NCBI GenBank assembly: GCA_030141605.1
Contig: JAQGDQ010000090.1
Coordinates: forward strand, 606,750-670,749
Direction: 5' to 3'
DNA length: 64,000 nt
DNA from: Tubiluchus corallicola
Taxonomy: Eukaryota > Animalia > Priapulida
The notes under the pieces were generated by a model. The model was not told where the DNA came from. It saw nothing but the letters and a program-made list of their open reading frames with translations, and made no database searches. The translations under genes were made by a program, and so were the position numbers. Below, in pieces: positions 51,199-63,923 of the stretch. The stretch's first letter is position 1. Each line of letters starts with the position of its first letter.

Positions 51199-52303
51199 CT
51201 CTTTCCTCTCTGTCGTGCGAGTAGTATGTCGACTATACATCATAAACTATTCTGTAGTTACTATTCTCTTAACCTTACTGTAAGTTTATGACGTGAAGGC
51301 AGTCAGCATGACGCAGGAATCCTCAGAGAATATACCCATTAGCACACTGGCTGGCTTCACTTTAAGCATGATATATTGCACGCATTAAAACGTTAGCAGG
51401 AATTTACAGGCACACTGCTCTTAAGGCCTAGTGTTCATTAAACTGTACAAAAGAAATATAAATCTTATGCTCCTCATCTCCATTTACTGTAAAAAGGTAC
51501 TGAAGTATATTTTGTGTAACATTTTCCGACATAACGACAATACAGCAAAAAGAGCTTCCTAGTTTAGGCAATATTATCCAGTCCAAAAATAATAAATTTG
51601 TGTCTTTATAATGTTGTTTCTTCCTATTTGGCATTGATTGAAGCAGCGAAAGACCTCTATGCACATCATCAAAGGTTTATGTATATGAGATCGTCCAAGG
51701 CGCCACTCCTTGCTTGGGTCGCTCGCTCACCATGCCCGCCAACGGGATATTCGTGAATCAGTAGAAGATGGTGTACTTATTATTACAGGGAGTTTTCTTT
51801 AGTCTTCTTACGTGACTACATTGTATAATAAACTGAGTCGTTATATCAATACAGCTCACACTATAGATGTAGGCTTACAAAATTATATTGACTGAGATCA
51901 GTCTGGGGAATATAGGTCAGACATTCAGAATTTGCTTTAATAGCAGGCTTTGTACTATTAGCGGAGAGTTTTGTTTACATGAAGACGTGAGCTATAAACA
52001 ACTTGTAAACAAAAACGTAGAAGGGAAATTACCAAACCCGCGAGTTCCGGTAACTATGCATCTGCATATTTTACTAACCCCGTTTCGTGGATGGTTGATA
52101 ATGAAAGTTGTAGGCACAGTTCCGCAGCAAACAATACCGTTAGGAAAAATTTAAAAACTGGCGACAATGTAAGTCAGGCGATTCTTACTGCTCGCGTATT
52201 GTTACTTTGAATTGGCAAATTTTAATTGAAAATTCAAATTTCATATTTACAGCTGTTTTCACGCATGAGCTCTCCAACGAATTTACTACGTCACAAACGG
52301 ACT

Positions 52304-52551
52304 CCTCTGAACTGAGAGGTACAGCACCTGCTATCTGTGCAAGCCGTTTCCGAGATGCAGGCGCTAGTGCTCGTCTAGCGAATGGCGAAATGCATGTAGC
52401 AGCCAAGAATTAGTCGCACAAAAGCAAAATTATGTTTCTGTGATAGTAATTCTTTCTCGTAAGTCATTATTGAAAAAAATGACACATTCCCTTTCAATAT
52501 TTTATTAGGCAGATTTGTTTTGAGCCATAGCTTAAGATTAAGATGGTTTTC
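52304..52551 (+). repeat. Interspersed repeat, copy 1 (copy 2 at 60389-60636)
   Basis: Shared CCTCTGAACTGAGAGGTACAGCAC...ATGCAGGCGCTAGTGC...GTTTCTGTG...TTGTTTTGAGC over about 250 bp. Confidence 0.85.
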
Positions 52552-53359
52552 TTTTAAATTTTAGTACCGATTAGCACATTTAGCAGGTATTCATTATAAT
52601 TTGGTGACGGACATTTGAGTACAAAAGTGTTCTGTTGTTTATCAAAACCATCAGTACGGGTGATTGATATCAGTATATTGGTTGTTTTTGCAACGCTTCA
52701 AAACAAATCGGTCTAAAATTGCCAAAAACTTACATAACGCGCGTGTGATGAACAGCTGGGTGATAGTTTCCACGTGGATAACCACATAGTAGGTTAAAGC
52801 AATAAATTTCAAATATTCCTGGCGGAAAGAAGCAAAGAAATGATCTTGTCAAAGGCATTTAATTGCTATGTCAAGGAAAACATCACAAAGTTCAAAGTCC
52901 ATTTAACCCTCATAATATGTGCATAATAAAAGCAAGTCGATTTATGATATTATCGCTGGCCCTGAAACCTGATTTAGGTTCTGTCTAAAATTTGTTCGCC
53001 TGAAGTGTGCTTGTATAGCTTTACAGTACGTTGATAAATTTAGAAATATTTAGTGACAAGTTCTTTGTACTTTGCTGGTTTGCTGCTCTCTTTCTTAAAC
53101 CGAATAGCTACTTGTAACGTGTCATTATCATACCTTTGATAAAAGCATAGAATTTAAAAAATATATTAAATTAAATGAGCGAGTGGAGTACTACTCAATA
53201 TTTAGCGCATTATATAAGGCTGCAACTACTTAATTAACACTATAAGGATTAAAGTGTTTATTATGAACTGCTAATGATAGTAACGTAGTAGTTAATGTCG
53301 AGGAAGTTGGGGTTTATCTTATTTTCTATTTTTTTAATGAAAAAACTAAGGCTGTTCTT

Positions 53360-53615
53360 GCACTGCCGGCCGCAAGCTGGTAATCATTGAAACATCGATA
53401 AAAATGAACTTGTTTTCACCCCTGTCTGCAATGCGCATGCGCGGAGCAATGTCTAGCCAGCTGCGGATCTATTAGTATGAACTTTGCGTGGGTTGCTAAA
53501 TTAACACAAAAAAGGTTTGTAAACGGTTCTTGCTTATATAGGGCGGCCTGTGGCGGTCATCAGACGGGCGCGCACGCTACACTGTAGGATGCGTACAGCT
53601 GCCGCCAAGGTATGA
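53360..53615 (+). promoter_or_regulatory. CpG-rich promoter-like segment with NRF1/erect-wing palindrome
   Basis: TGCGCATGCGC at 53432-53442, CpG-dense flanks, and a donor-like AAG|GTATGA near 53610. Confidence 0.4.
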
Positions 53616-54703
53616 TTTAATGGCGTTGATTAAAATGCTGTACCCGGGTCCATGTGGCACATTTGCGCTATGCTCCCTGCAGCAAAGTCGGATCCATATG
53701 TTCTAAACCGATAACTCCATTGGAAATTATGAAATGAAATGAGCATTTGAGCCAAAAAATACACAGTTTCAGGTAGTTTCATTTCACTGTTTAAGCTTTA
53801 TAAATCATAATCGTCTTGCTAGGTTTTTAGGACGAAACATTAAAAAAATTTCAAGGTTTATAAAACTGTCTATTTATCTTCTTGTGGGTACCATAACTAT
53901 TGCGTCTATAAATAAAGGCACACTTTTTGCTGTAGTTTTTGTATAAAATGTGCTTTAAACAATTAATTAAATTCAGCTAAATAAATGGTGAGTAAAACTG
54001 ACTTTATAACGTTTGGTACATTTATCCTTATCCACAACTCTACCACTGATGATACTATGCGCACAACAGGTTACATTAATCTAAACAAAGTAAACAACAA
54101 GATTTTTTATGGAACTGTATTGTATCACATTCAAATTACCTCCAGGTGCGGAAGTGTTACAATTCTAATATACATTATAATTTAAAATCAATCAAGCATT
54201 AAAATGGATATATCTATGCTGCATCTACTTTGATGATTTAATCACCGGTTAATATAAATTATATAAGCTGTAAAACGCTTTTAAAAGAATAATCATAAAA
54301 TTAAGCATATTGCAGGTTTGCAATCAAAGTAAAGACGTTACACTTTATGCAGTAGAAGCACAATAAGTGGAAAATAAAAAAATCACAATAAAAACGGCAA
54401 CTGACTTTGAATGCGAATGTTTAAAGCAACTTTAAACTTTGGTTCTTCATAATTCAATTCAAAAGTCATGGCTTTTGTGCACTTTTGGAAGCATTGCTGT
54501 CACTGTCTACAAAAGCAATTAAGCTGCATCTAAGCGGTTGCTCCATCATCAACAATTGTGCGCTTTCAGCGGTCTTCTTCGCCTTCGCAGACAGAATGCT
54601 GTAGGAAAACGTTTCGAGTTACAACAAAAATAACACGAAGTGTCTAAAAAATCAAAGTTTCTTAGTTAAACTACCAGCTACATTGTTCTAGACAGCATGT
54701 ATA

Positions 54704-55243
54704 CTATTTCCATTCCTTTTTGTCGTAGTCCCATTTTGATGAAACGCCTTGCACTATACCTTGCTGTTGGTCTATTTGTCGCTTTAGTTCCGCTTCCCTC
54801 CACTCCTTGGTGGCGGTCCTAGGCAAAGGTGAGTACACGAAATGCTTTAGAAATACGCAACCCCAGAGTCCAACGGTAATAAAGAATATCGTGCCGGCGA
54901 GAATGCTTTTCCATTCTCCATTCAAACGAGCTGCCATTTCGGCGTAGGTGCTACAGAAAGAGGAGCGATACAGAGCCTTCTTTTCATCCATGCTTAGTTT
55001 TTTCCAGTCACCTTTTTCCTTTTCTCTCAAAGCCAAGACGTCGCTGGAGTTCTCCCTAAATCTGACCGCCGGACATGGAAAATCTTCTCTGTCGATGTAA
55101 CTCGGCTCACCGTTCATTCCGAAACCGACGATATCCCGGTTCCCGAGTTTCTCCCGTACGTACCCGGCTGCCGGAGCCGTCATTTGAGGCCCACGAATAA
55201 TTAGCAGGCGCCGACACCCTACTTGCAACAATCTTACTGCCAT
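54704..55243 (-). CDS. COX4: Cytochrome c oxidase subunit 4 (COX4), intronless, 179 aa
   Basis: Mitochondrial presequence-like MAVRLLQVGCRRLL, then KLGNRDIVGFG.NG..SY.DR.DFP.PAVRF, LREKEKGDWKKLS.DEKKALYR.SF, EWK-TM and C-terminal GVSSKWDYDKKEWK. One uninterrupted ORF; the ORF track start at 55339 is a non-ATG extension. Confidence 0.95.
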   Translation of the reverse strand: MAVRLLQVGCRRLLIIRGPQMTAPAAGYVREKLGNRDIVGFGMNGEPSYIDREDFPCPAVRFRENSSDVLALREKEKGDWKKLSMDEKKALYRSSFCSTYAEMAARLNGEWKSILAGTIFFITVGLWGCVFLKHFVYSPLPRTATKEWREAELKRQIDQQQGIVQGVSSKWDYDKKEWK

Positions 55244-56784
55244 GTTTCCACGGAAACCAAAATACTGTTCAAAATCGCGAAAGAAACTTGAACAGGTGCG
55301 AGAACAAGATCTCGCTGGTTTCACTGCACTTTGTTCCACAGGACAGGTCGTTCAGAAATGGCGGAGATGGCGGAGCCACTGAACGAGTTAAATTTAAACC
55401 AAGTAATAAAACATGAGAAAATTACACAAAGCTACATGGCATCAGTCACGTAGGTAGGCTGGCAGCAGGCATGCGCTCTCAACAACCATTGATCACATAG
55501 GCAAACTAGGTGGGGCAACCACTTGTCATTCAAAGTCTTGGTCCAGCCTATGAAGCTGGAGGTTGGAAAATGTTTGGTTAAGTTGCTTCGGAATAGGTGG
55601 CGCAACTTTCCACTGTCTGTTTAAAACTATGATTTAGAGGTATGTACTACTCACAAGCGTTGGAAGTGGTACTGACAAAAGAAAGACATAGCATTGCCTA
55701 GTTTTGTACTAGATTGACTCTTGTGTCAACTGTCTTGAATGGAAATTTCTGTTATTTTAGAATCCTGCCCGTCCAATATCTTTGATTTCATAGACGAAAT
55801 GGGAGCATAATGATGATGATGAACAGGGTCAGAAGTGACAGTGTATTTAAAACTTTTAAGCTTAAAACTGCTCTTTTAGGCTTAAAGCTGGTTAAAACAG
55901 CTATAAACTAGATATTATTTTTAGTATAATTAGCCCATTAGTATCAAAAGCAAGGTGAACGGGATGAGGTGAATTCGGAATGAGATGATCTAGGTTTTGC
56001 AATACCAGAAACCCTCGCACTGTTCATTGCCGACGGAAATACAGAAAACTATTATAGGCAAAACTCAGTAAGTGATTTCTGAACTACCCAACTATCATAT
56101 GGGCCTACACTTTACTGGTTGAATAACTCCCCCCCCCCCATAATCACAACGAAAAAGTTTGACTTGAACTAAAACTCCTGTCAAATACAAAAACAAGTTT
56201 TTTAAAGTGACACATCGATTACTGAAACTTGACGAACATAGATTTCTACATTTGTACAAAATACTACAATGAAACACAATCGTAGCGTAGAAGAAAGTGT
56301 AGTATAAAAATAATTGTTTTCTAGTTTCATTCCCTAGTTGTTTTAATATTATAGAACTCTAAATGCATTTCACTACTGTCACGTTGCCCCATCTGGTGGA
56401 TAAAAACAAAATATTATTTTAATGAAAATTGCGGAGATATGAATTAGAGTTACAATGAAACTGATCACGGTTTATTTAGTTTGAAACCGATTAAACAACA
56501 AGCAGCAGTAATTTTTTGTAAAAATGGTAACAATTAATTAAAAAACAAATACAGAAGGTGCATGGTTTTCATAGAGTTTTCTGATGTTCTGATGGACCAT
56601 TTTAAGAATATTAAGGGTCAGCCCTTAATGAAAAAGGCATGTGCTGTGACATACCAAAACTATTATGATTAGGCTAATGAAACTGAAACTGACATAGAAC
56701 TGAACTGGTAGCTAGTTTTTGACATGGAGTTTTCAAAAATTGGGCTACAATACGTATATAATGCATTATATTGGTACAGTAACT

Positions 56785-57119
56785 ATAGGTTTTACACGTC
56801 AAATGTAGACACCGGAAAGTTCAAATGTGACTTAGGTAAGTCAAATGTAGACATAAGAATTTCAAATGTGTTTTGGTAATTCAAATGTGACTTAGGTAAG
56901 TCAAATGTAGACATGGGAATTTCGAATGTTTTGGTAACTCAAATGTGACTTAGGTAAGTCAAGTATAGATGCATTACTTTGAATAAATCGATAATTAACT
57001 CACTTAAGTGCAAATTATAGGTTTAACACGTCAAATGCAGACACAGGAAAGTTCAAATGTGACTTACGTAAGTCAAATGTAGACATAAGAATTTCAAATG
57101 TGTTTTGGTAACTCAAATG
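56785..57119 (+). repeat. Minisatellite of ~20-bp TCAAATGT-cored units in two blocks
   Basis: Repeated TCAAATGTGACTTAGGTAAG / TCAAATGTAGACAT.. / TCAAATGTGTTTTGGTAA. The block restarts at ~57017. Confidence 0.85.
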
Positions 57120-57939
57120 AGCATGAGTTTATTATGGTTTATTATGGTAAAAATTGCGCTACGCAAAGGCTATTGCCATTCAAAATGTGAACAGATGCCC
57201 AGAAAACATATTTTCACTGATTTGTCGGTCGGTGCCTTTAGTGATGTGTCAACAGCCTGCACTTTTTCGCTAAGGAATTCCACATATAAGCGGTCCGAAA
57301 AAAATGAATTCTTCCAACAGTATCCACACTGTGTGGAACCGAGTCTAGTTATGAGAAATCAAATCGTTATTTCTCATACTAAATGAGCACAATACAGGCG
57401 CCCCTTTTTCGATGCGTTTCCGGATATTTGTTTAAGAACCTTAATCATAATTTGAAGATTATTATTATTAATAATGATGAAGTGAACCAGGAAATATTAT
57501 TATCTTTGGCACCAAACTTTTCCGAAAAAATTACCGGGTAACACTAATGTCGTGGTCAAATCATTCGCCTAGTAAGCGAAAAAGTCCCTGGTTCAAGTCG
57601 AGGGAGAAGTTCTATCTCTGTTTTTGTGACATTGCCTTTCTTTCAAATAAGTCGGATTTCAAAATTTAATAATTGTGGGTTCATTTCAATCAATCAATGA
57701 ATCAATCAAAGAATTTCTTTAAATCATTAAAACAATTAACACATAGGCAAAAAACAAAAATTTATAGCAAATCCACACATCAAATAATTAACTTTAAAAA
57801 CAATCAATTAACGTAAACTTAATAATTTTGGGGACCAAGAAGCATTTTGGTTTATTAAGGCCACAAGAAAAACTCTAATAAGTTAACAAAACGTAGTAAT
57901 AAATATACATAACCTAGCCACTGGGGGGGGGGGGGGGCA

Positions 57940-58415
57940 AGCCAGCCCAACTCAGTGCCGGTCCCAAGCCCGGATAAATAGGGATGGTTAGGGTCAGGAA
58001 GGGCATCCACCTGTAAAAACTGCGCCAAAACCTTCTATGAATGAGTCCGTGAGACTTAAAGGTAAAGTTCACAAAGATAGTGGTCAGACCCGCTCTAATC
58101 TATGGGCTGGAAGCAGCTTCTCTAAAGAAGACCGAAGAGAAGAAAATGTGTGTGGTGGAGATGAGGATGTTGAGATGGATGGTGGGAATAACAAGAAGAG
58201 ATAAAATTAGAAATAATAATTACAGAGGAACAGTAAAAGTAGTGGAAGACTCGCAAGATTGCGATGGTATGCACACCTAAAAAGAAGACTCAGTGAAGAT
58301 CATGTGGGAAGGGAAAACAAATGAAGAGATGGTCAACAACAGGAATGCGTGGAGAAGACTCATTCACAATGGCGACCCCGCACAGGGAAAAGCTGGGAAG
58401 AAGAAGAAGAAGAAG
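57940..58415 (+). mobile_element. Short RTE-clade element: 5' UTR motif fused to the 3' end of ORF, (GAA)n tail
   Basis: RTE-type 5' motif GGAAGGGCATCC...GTAAAA, then VRPALIYGLE..LKK.EEKK..V.EMRMLRWM.G.TRRDKIRN. Ends GGCGACCCC...(GAA)n. Confidence 0.8.
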
Positions 58416-58481
58416 TAATAAATATACATATACAGCAAACAACAACTGATGGCAATTTGACGTTAGTATTATTATAAGAAA

Positions 58482-58694
58482 AATATAATATAATATAATA
58501 TAATATAATATAATATAATATAATATAATATAATATAATATAATATAATATAATATAATATAATATAATATAATATAATATAATATAATATAATATAATA
58601 TAATATAATATAATATAATATAATATAATATAATATAATATAATATAATATAATATAATATAATATAATATAATATAATATAATATAATATAAT
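58482..58694. repeat. (ATAAT)n microsatellite
   Basis: Directly visible. Confidence 0.95.
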
Positions 58695-58769
58695 TTATAT
58701 ATGCATATTTAAGCACTATATAAAGTATTACATTGAAACTAAAGAAACTGACAAGATCAATTATCCAAT

Positions 58770-59170
58770 TATACTGCTCAATATACTGCTAGGGTTTAAT
58801 CAATTATACTACTGGAATAAGGAGTACTTATAAAAGAGACTGATGACAAATTTCACAATTCGGGGTTATTATCGTTCCATATAACAGAACCGCGGTATTT
58901 AATTGAACATTTTCGAAGATTTATTTTGCATATAACGGAGTGATAGTTAAGCTGGTTACCAGTGTCTATGACTATTTAAGTTTTTCTCATTGTAGTCATC
59001 AAATAACGATGGAAGTAAATCGTGGTGACACTTTATTTATATCGTAAACATTTAGAAAATCCAGATTCTTAAATAACGATGCAGCATGTTCGTCACTATG
59101 TAGGAATAATATCGTTCTAACAATTCGTTTTTGGAGAAGAAAAAGCTTACCCAACCTCGACGAGCACCTT
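58770..59170 (-). mobile_element. Degenerate LINE 3' end
   Basis: Minus-strand RKCSIKYRGSVIWND matches the S..YRG..IWN motif near the end of CR1/L2 ORF2. The adjacent (ATTAT)n is its probable tail. Confidence 0.55.
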
Positions 59171-59934
59171 TTCATATCATTTATATTACTTTATAGTATA
59201 TCTTGTTTTACATTATTTATTATATCATTTTATTTATTTTGTGGCTGTGTGAGTCTTCCCTCAGCTCACCTTCATTCGAGAAAGAAGCCAACGTATAATT
59301 TTAGACATTTAGCTAATTGAGCATAAGAGCACGTGCAGTTTTCATCTTCATTTTCGTTCATAACCGCCCGTATATTTTTCATTATAATTACTGTTATTAC
59401 TATCCATGTGCATTGCTGTTTGCCAGGTTAAAGCATTGCATTGGATAAAGGAGTCTAAAATGTGATGCGCAAAAGCCCAGACGGAAAGAAAGAAACACTG
59501 TAAGAAAACGCCAATCAACATTCGTTTTTTAGTTTTTCTTATGAGACACGATCAACGACTCTTTTTAACACATGATTATGTCATTGTCTGCTGCTTCAAA
59601 TGTTGTTATGTTAAGAAGTACATGTCAGGAAAGAGCAAATGTGAAAACGAACAAACGACGTACGAACTGTCGAAAAAACAAAGAAAGAAAAACAAACGAA
59701 ATAACACAGAAGTCAACTAACGAACAAACAAAACGTTAAAAGGAAAACATGAGTATTTTTCATACCATATTTTGTTTTAAGGCACGGTTAAAGCTTTTCT
59801 GATAATTAAATAATAGGTTAAAACCTTAATTAGATTAGATTAGCTTATTTCGGCATAAATGTCGTACAAAATACATAAAAACATTGCATCACACAAAAAT
59901 AAAATAATAAAATAAAAGTAGTATAGTGTGGTGT

Positions 59935-60068
59935 AGTAGAGCGGTAGTGTCTTTAAAACGTCATTAATATTCAAGCTAGTTACGGAAAACTTCGTATTAA
60001 AGGAGCAGTACACCTCTAATTTGACGTAAGGGGGATGTAATGATATCTCAAGAACTATTTTATAAGCG
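59935..60068 (+). repeat. Left arm of ~135-bp inverted repeat pair
   Basis: Reverse complement of 63727-63863 (TCATTAATATTCAAGCTAGTTAC..TTCGTATTAAAGGAGCAGTACACCTCTAATTTGAC). Confidence 0.9.
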
Positions 60069-60388
60069 TTATAAACGTTGTTTAGACTACGAGGGAGAAA
60101 TTTCATACATTTACTTTTTGTATAGTTTAAGCAAATATTATGTCTAATAGCGAAATTATTACAACAACTTAAGAGTTCTTGTAATTAATGGCTGCCGAGC
60201 CCAACTAGTGATGACATTACAACTGAACAATTTTCACCTGCACAAACATTTCGCGAGCGTGTTGCACATGTTTGCCAAAGCGAAAATTGAAGTACGGCTG
60301 TAATGTGCAATATTCAATGTAATATACAAGAACTCGGAAATTTAAAATTCAAATTTCAAGTTTATCGCTACTGTTATGTAACCGAACA

Positions 60389-60636
60389 CCTCTGAACTGA
60401 GAGGTACAGCACGCGTTTTTTGTGCAACACGTTTTAAAAATGCAGGCGCTAGTGCCTGTTTAGCTGGCGAATCCCAAAATGCATGTAAGCAAAGAACTAG
60501 CCCCGAGAATGCGAAATTACGTTTCTGTGGTAATAATTCTTTTACGTAAGTTCTTCTTGAAAAAATAGTATGTTCCTTTCAAATTTTTACAGGGTAGATT
60601 GTTTTGAGCTATTGTTTAGATTGGGTCCGGTTTTTC
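60389..60636 (+). repeat. Interspersed repeat, copy 2 (copy 1 at 52304-52551)
   Basis: Same-orientation diverged copy of 52304-52551. Confidence 0.85.
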
Positions 60637-60699
60637 TATAACTTCTTAGCTTAATGCAAAGCCTGACAGCACTTGCTGTTGTTGTTGCCGTTGTTGCTG

Positions 60700-61010
60700 C
60701 TCCTGTAATTTATCCTGTTCAAATGCCCTGTGTCCAAATATCTCATCGTCCGAATTTCCTAAGTGTGAAAATATCTTGTGTCCTGATGTTCTATGTGTCC
60801 AAATGTCCAAATGTCCTACCTGTTAAAGAGTCCTAAATGTCTAAATATATTAAGATTCCAAATGTTTTGTCTATATGTTCTACGTGCGCAAATGCACCAC
60901 GTTTTCAAAGGTGTTGTGTGTTCAAATTATCTACGTCCTGTGCGTCCAAATGTCCCAAGTTTGCAAATATCCTGTGTCCAAGTGTTTGGTGACAAAACAG
61001 ACTGTGTCCC
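60700..61010 (+). repeat. Degenerate tandem array of TGTCCAAATGTCC-like units
   Basis: Recurring (TG)TCCAAATGT/AT about every 17-20 bp. Confidence 0.7.
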
Positions 61011-62270
61011 AAATCTTTGTATTAACTTTTTGGACACTAGCCCTACATGAAACCTAATTTAATGTTAATTCGCCTAAATTACATGACTGTGCAAAAATCT
61101 AAAAGTCAATGTTTTCGTTAGATCATACAGCTGGATAGCCATCTTCTTTGGCCCTCTTTGGGGTTAATCCAAAAGACTTTCCTGTCCTGGTCGTCCGTCT
61201 GTCAGGGTGCGAAAACTATATTTTGCCGTCTTGCCTTTTCTACTATTCAGTTTTTGCTTTCTCGAGTTTCCAATGACAAAAATTGCTTTTTCACTTCGCC
61301 CTTGCATAAGCTAGGTTTGTCTACTTATTTCAGCCTCTTGTATTTTTTACATTTGTTTTTTTTTGTATTTTTACCGTCCTCTTTTCTAATGTCTTTTGAT
61401 TTTATCTTTATTGAAAGCTTAAGAATAGTCGGAGGAGACAATATACAATGTTTTACAAAAATGAAAAGCGAAACTGTTGCAAAATTTTATTAGATGCGAG
61501 TATTTTCGTATAAAAAAATCAATGTACAATAATTATTTATAATCTCAAAATCAAGATTATTATTAATAATGGCACAGATCCAAAATTCAATGATTTTTAA
61601 AACCAAACTTCGAAAAACAGGAAATGTGTTCCAACAATTTCACATTTCCCGTCTTTCAGAGTTTGATTTCAAAAACCATTTACTTGCGGTTTTGTTTCAT
61701 CATTGTGTAGCATATTGGGGTTTTGGCATTTCTATACATGTCTCAGAGCTAAGATGCTGTTCACGTTGTATTGTCATTTGTCATGATCATACAGCATACA
61801 GAAGCCACAAGGACTACAAGAAATTACTGCTGGATGCATCTGCTGGTGACTTAGTGTCTCGTGGGTCTCGTAAATTTTCTGTTGGCTTCACCAGCTAAAA
61901 CCTATAAGCATATGTAAGCACTCCGCGGGGTTGTGCAGCAAAATAAGCGGCCAGGTCAAAACGCAATTAGCTGACAAACATCAATAGCTTTACCGTCGTT
62001 AATTTTGCTATGAAGGTGTGGAACACTTAGTAGAAAATGTTGAAAACTTTGTCTTTCTAAACAGATAAAGCAGAAAAAGCAAGATTTACTACGTTGTTTG
62101 TGCCAAGTTTAGTGGAATCAGCGCGATACAATGAGGATCTTATTTTACTTGTGACAGCCATTTTTCTCAATTCATTTTACCTCTTGCTTTACTTAGTCTC
62201 AATTAGCCTAATAGCCAATGTCACTGCACTTCACTTGATAGAATTTCAAATGATCTGATTTGACTGCTGC

Positions 62271-62808
62271 TCTATTCTACCCTACTCTACTCTATTCTAC
62301 CCTACCCTACCCTACCCTACCCTATCCTACCCTACCCTACCCTACCCTACCCTACCCTACCCTACCCTACCCTACCCTACCCTACCCTACCCTACCCTAC
62401 CCTACCCTACCCTACCCTACCCTACCCTACCCTACCCTACCCTACCCTACCCTACCCTACCCTACCCTACCCTACTCTACTCTACTCTACTTTGTCCTGC
62501 TCTACTCTACACTACTCTGCTCTGCTCTGCTCTACTCTACTCTACTCTACTCTACTCTACTCTACCCTACCCTACCCTACCCTACCCTACCCTACCCTAC
62601 CCTACCCTACCCTACCCTACCCTACCCAACCCTACCCTACCCTACCCTACTCTACCCTACTCTACTCTACTCTACTCTACTCTACTCTACTCTACTCTAC
62701 TCTACTCTACTCTACTCTACTCTACTCTACTCTACTCTACTCTACTCTACTCTACTCTACTCTACTCTACTCTACTCTACTCTACTCTACTTTACTGTAC
62801 TCTACTCT
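62271..62808. repeat. (CTACC)n/(CTACT)n pentanucleotide array
   Basis: Directly visible. Confidence 0.95.
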
Positions 62809-63726
62809 AACTTTGAGAGACTTGACTTTAATATAAGAGCCTGTATTTAAAGTAAGAACTGTCAATGTGACTGAATAAAGTAAGTGCATGTACATCGCAT
62901 AGACAAGAACTGCAAGCGTATTTTGCACACGTTTTGTGCCATCTAGTGTTGTAATATGAAGCTGTTCCGTTAAGAAATTTGGATTGATTTTATAGTTACA
63001 CAATCTACAACAAGAGAGGAGGATGTCCTGTAAGTCTAATGTACGCCACACATCATGCTCACAAACAGGAAGTGACAAATCTCAGAATGGACAAAATTTG
63101 CATCACCACTTTTAAATCTCAGTACTGAGAATAAGGATTTATAGTCTTTCATTCTCTGAAAAAGCATACCTATTCAAAGAAAGTGAAAAATAGAAACTGA
63201 AAAAATGAACTGAAAACTCAATAAAAGTGAACGCGATAATTACTTATTATAAACTTAAAGTCAAGTATATTATTATTTTTAATAATGTTATTACGAACCC
63301 TAGATTTGTAACATCAGTGAGTTTCTGACGTCATTAGAAATTTGCGAACTTGGGAGGGATAAACAATTGTGTTAAATTACTGCACTGTAAATTGACACCC
63401 GAAAACAATATAAGCCACATTAAGAAAAAGACAGATAGCTAAAAAAGAGAATGTATTATATGCCGAAAACATAATTGCAGCGAAGCAGAACATGCATAGG
63501 GACCTATAAGTAACTAAGTGAATATTCCACTTTCATAAGTGCTGAGATGTTGTTACACTGTGTTACCGACATCAAAAAATCTTCCAAAATTGACTTCAAA
63601 ATCTAATCAGTTAAGACCAGACCTACCTTATCTGTAAACCTTGTTCATCTTACATCTTACAACTTACCTTGTGTTCGTCCAACGAATTTTTCCTTTCAAA
63701 CTTCATCGTCCACAGTGTTAGTGATG

Positions 63727-63863
63727 CGCTTACAAAATAGTTCTTGAGATATCATTACATTCTCCTTAAGTCAAATTAGAGGTGTACTGCTCCTTTAATA
63801 CGAAGTTTTCTGTAACTAGCTTGAATATTAATGACCACATTTTAGAAACACTACCGGTCTACT
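63727..63863 (-). repeat. Right arm of ~135-bp inverted repeat pair
   Basis: Reverse complement of 59935-60068. Confidence 0.9.
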
Positions 63864-63902
63864 GACTTTTCAGTTGTATATGTAACTAGCCTAACACTAC
63901 AA

Positions 63903-63923
63903 ACACACACAGACGCACGCACG

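Noticed and set aside
55358-55453. Short plus-strand ORF (MAEMAEPLNEL...) head-to-head with COX4, by analogy to vertebrate EMC8/NOC4
   Set aside because: No EMC8 similarity and no compatible downstream exon. The AAATGGCGG repeats are more simply YY1-like promoter motifs.
56785-57119. CRISPR-like repeat/spacer pattern
   Set aside because: The spacers are themselves repeated, the units are too short, there are no cas genes and the context is eukaryotic.
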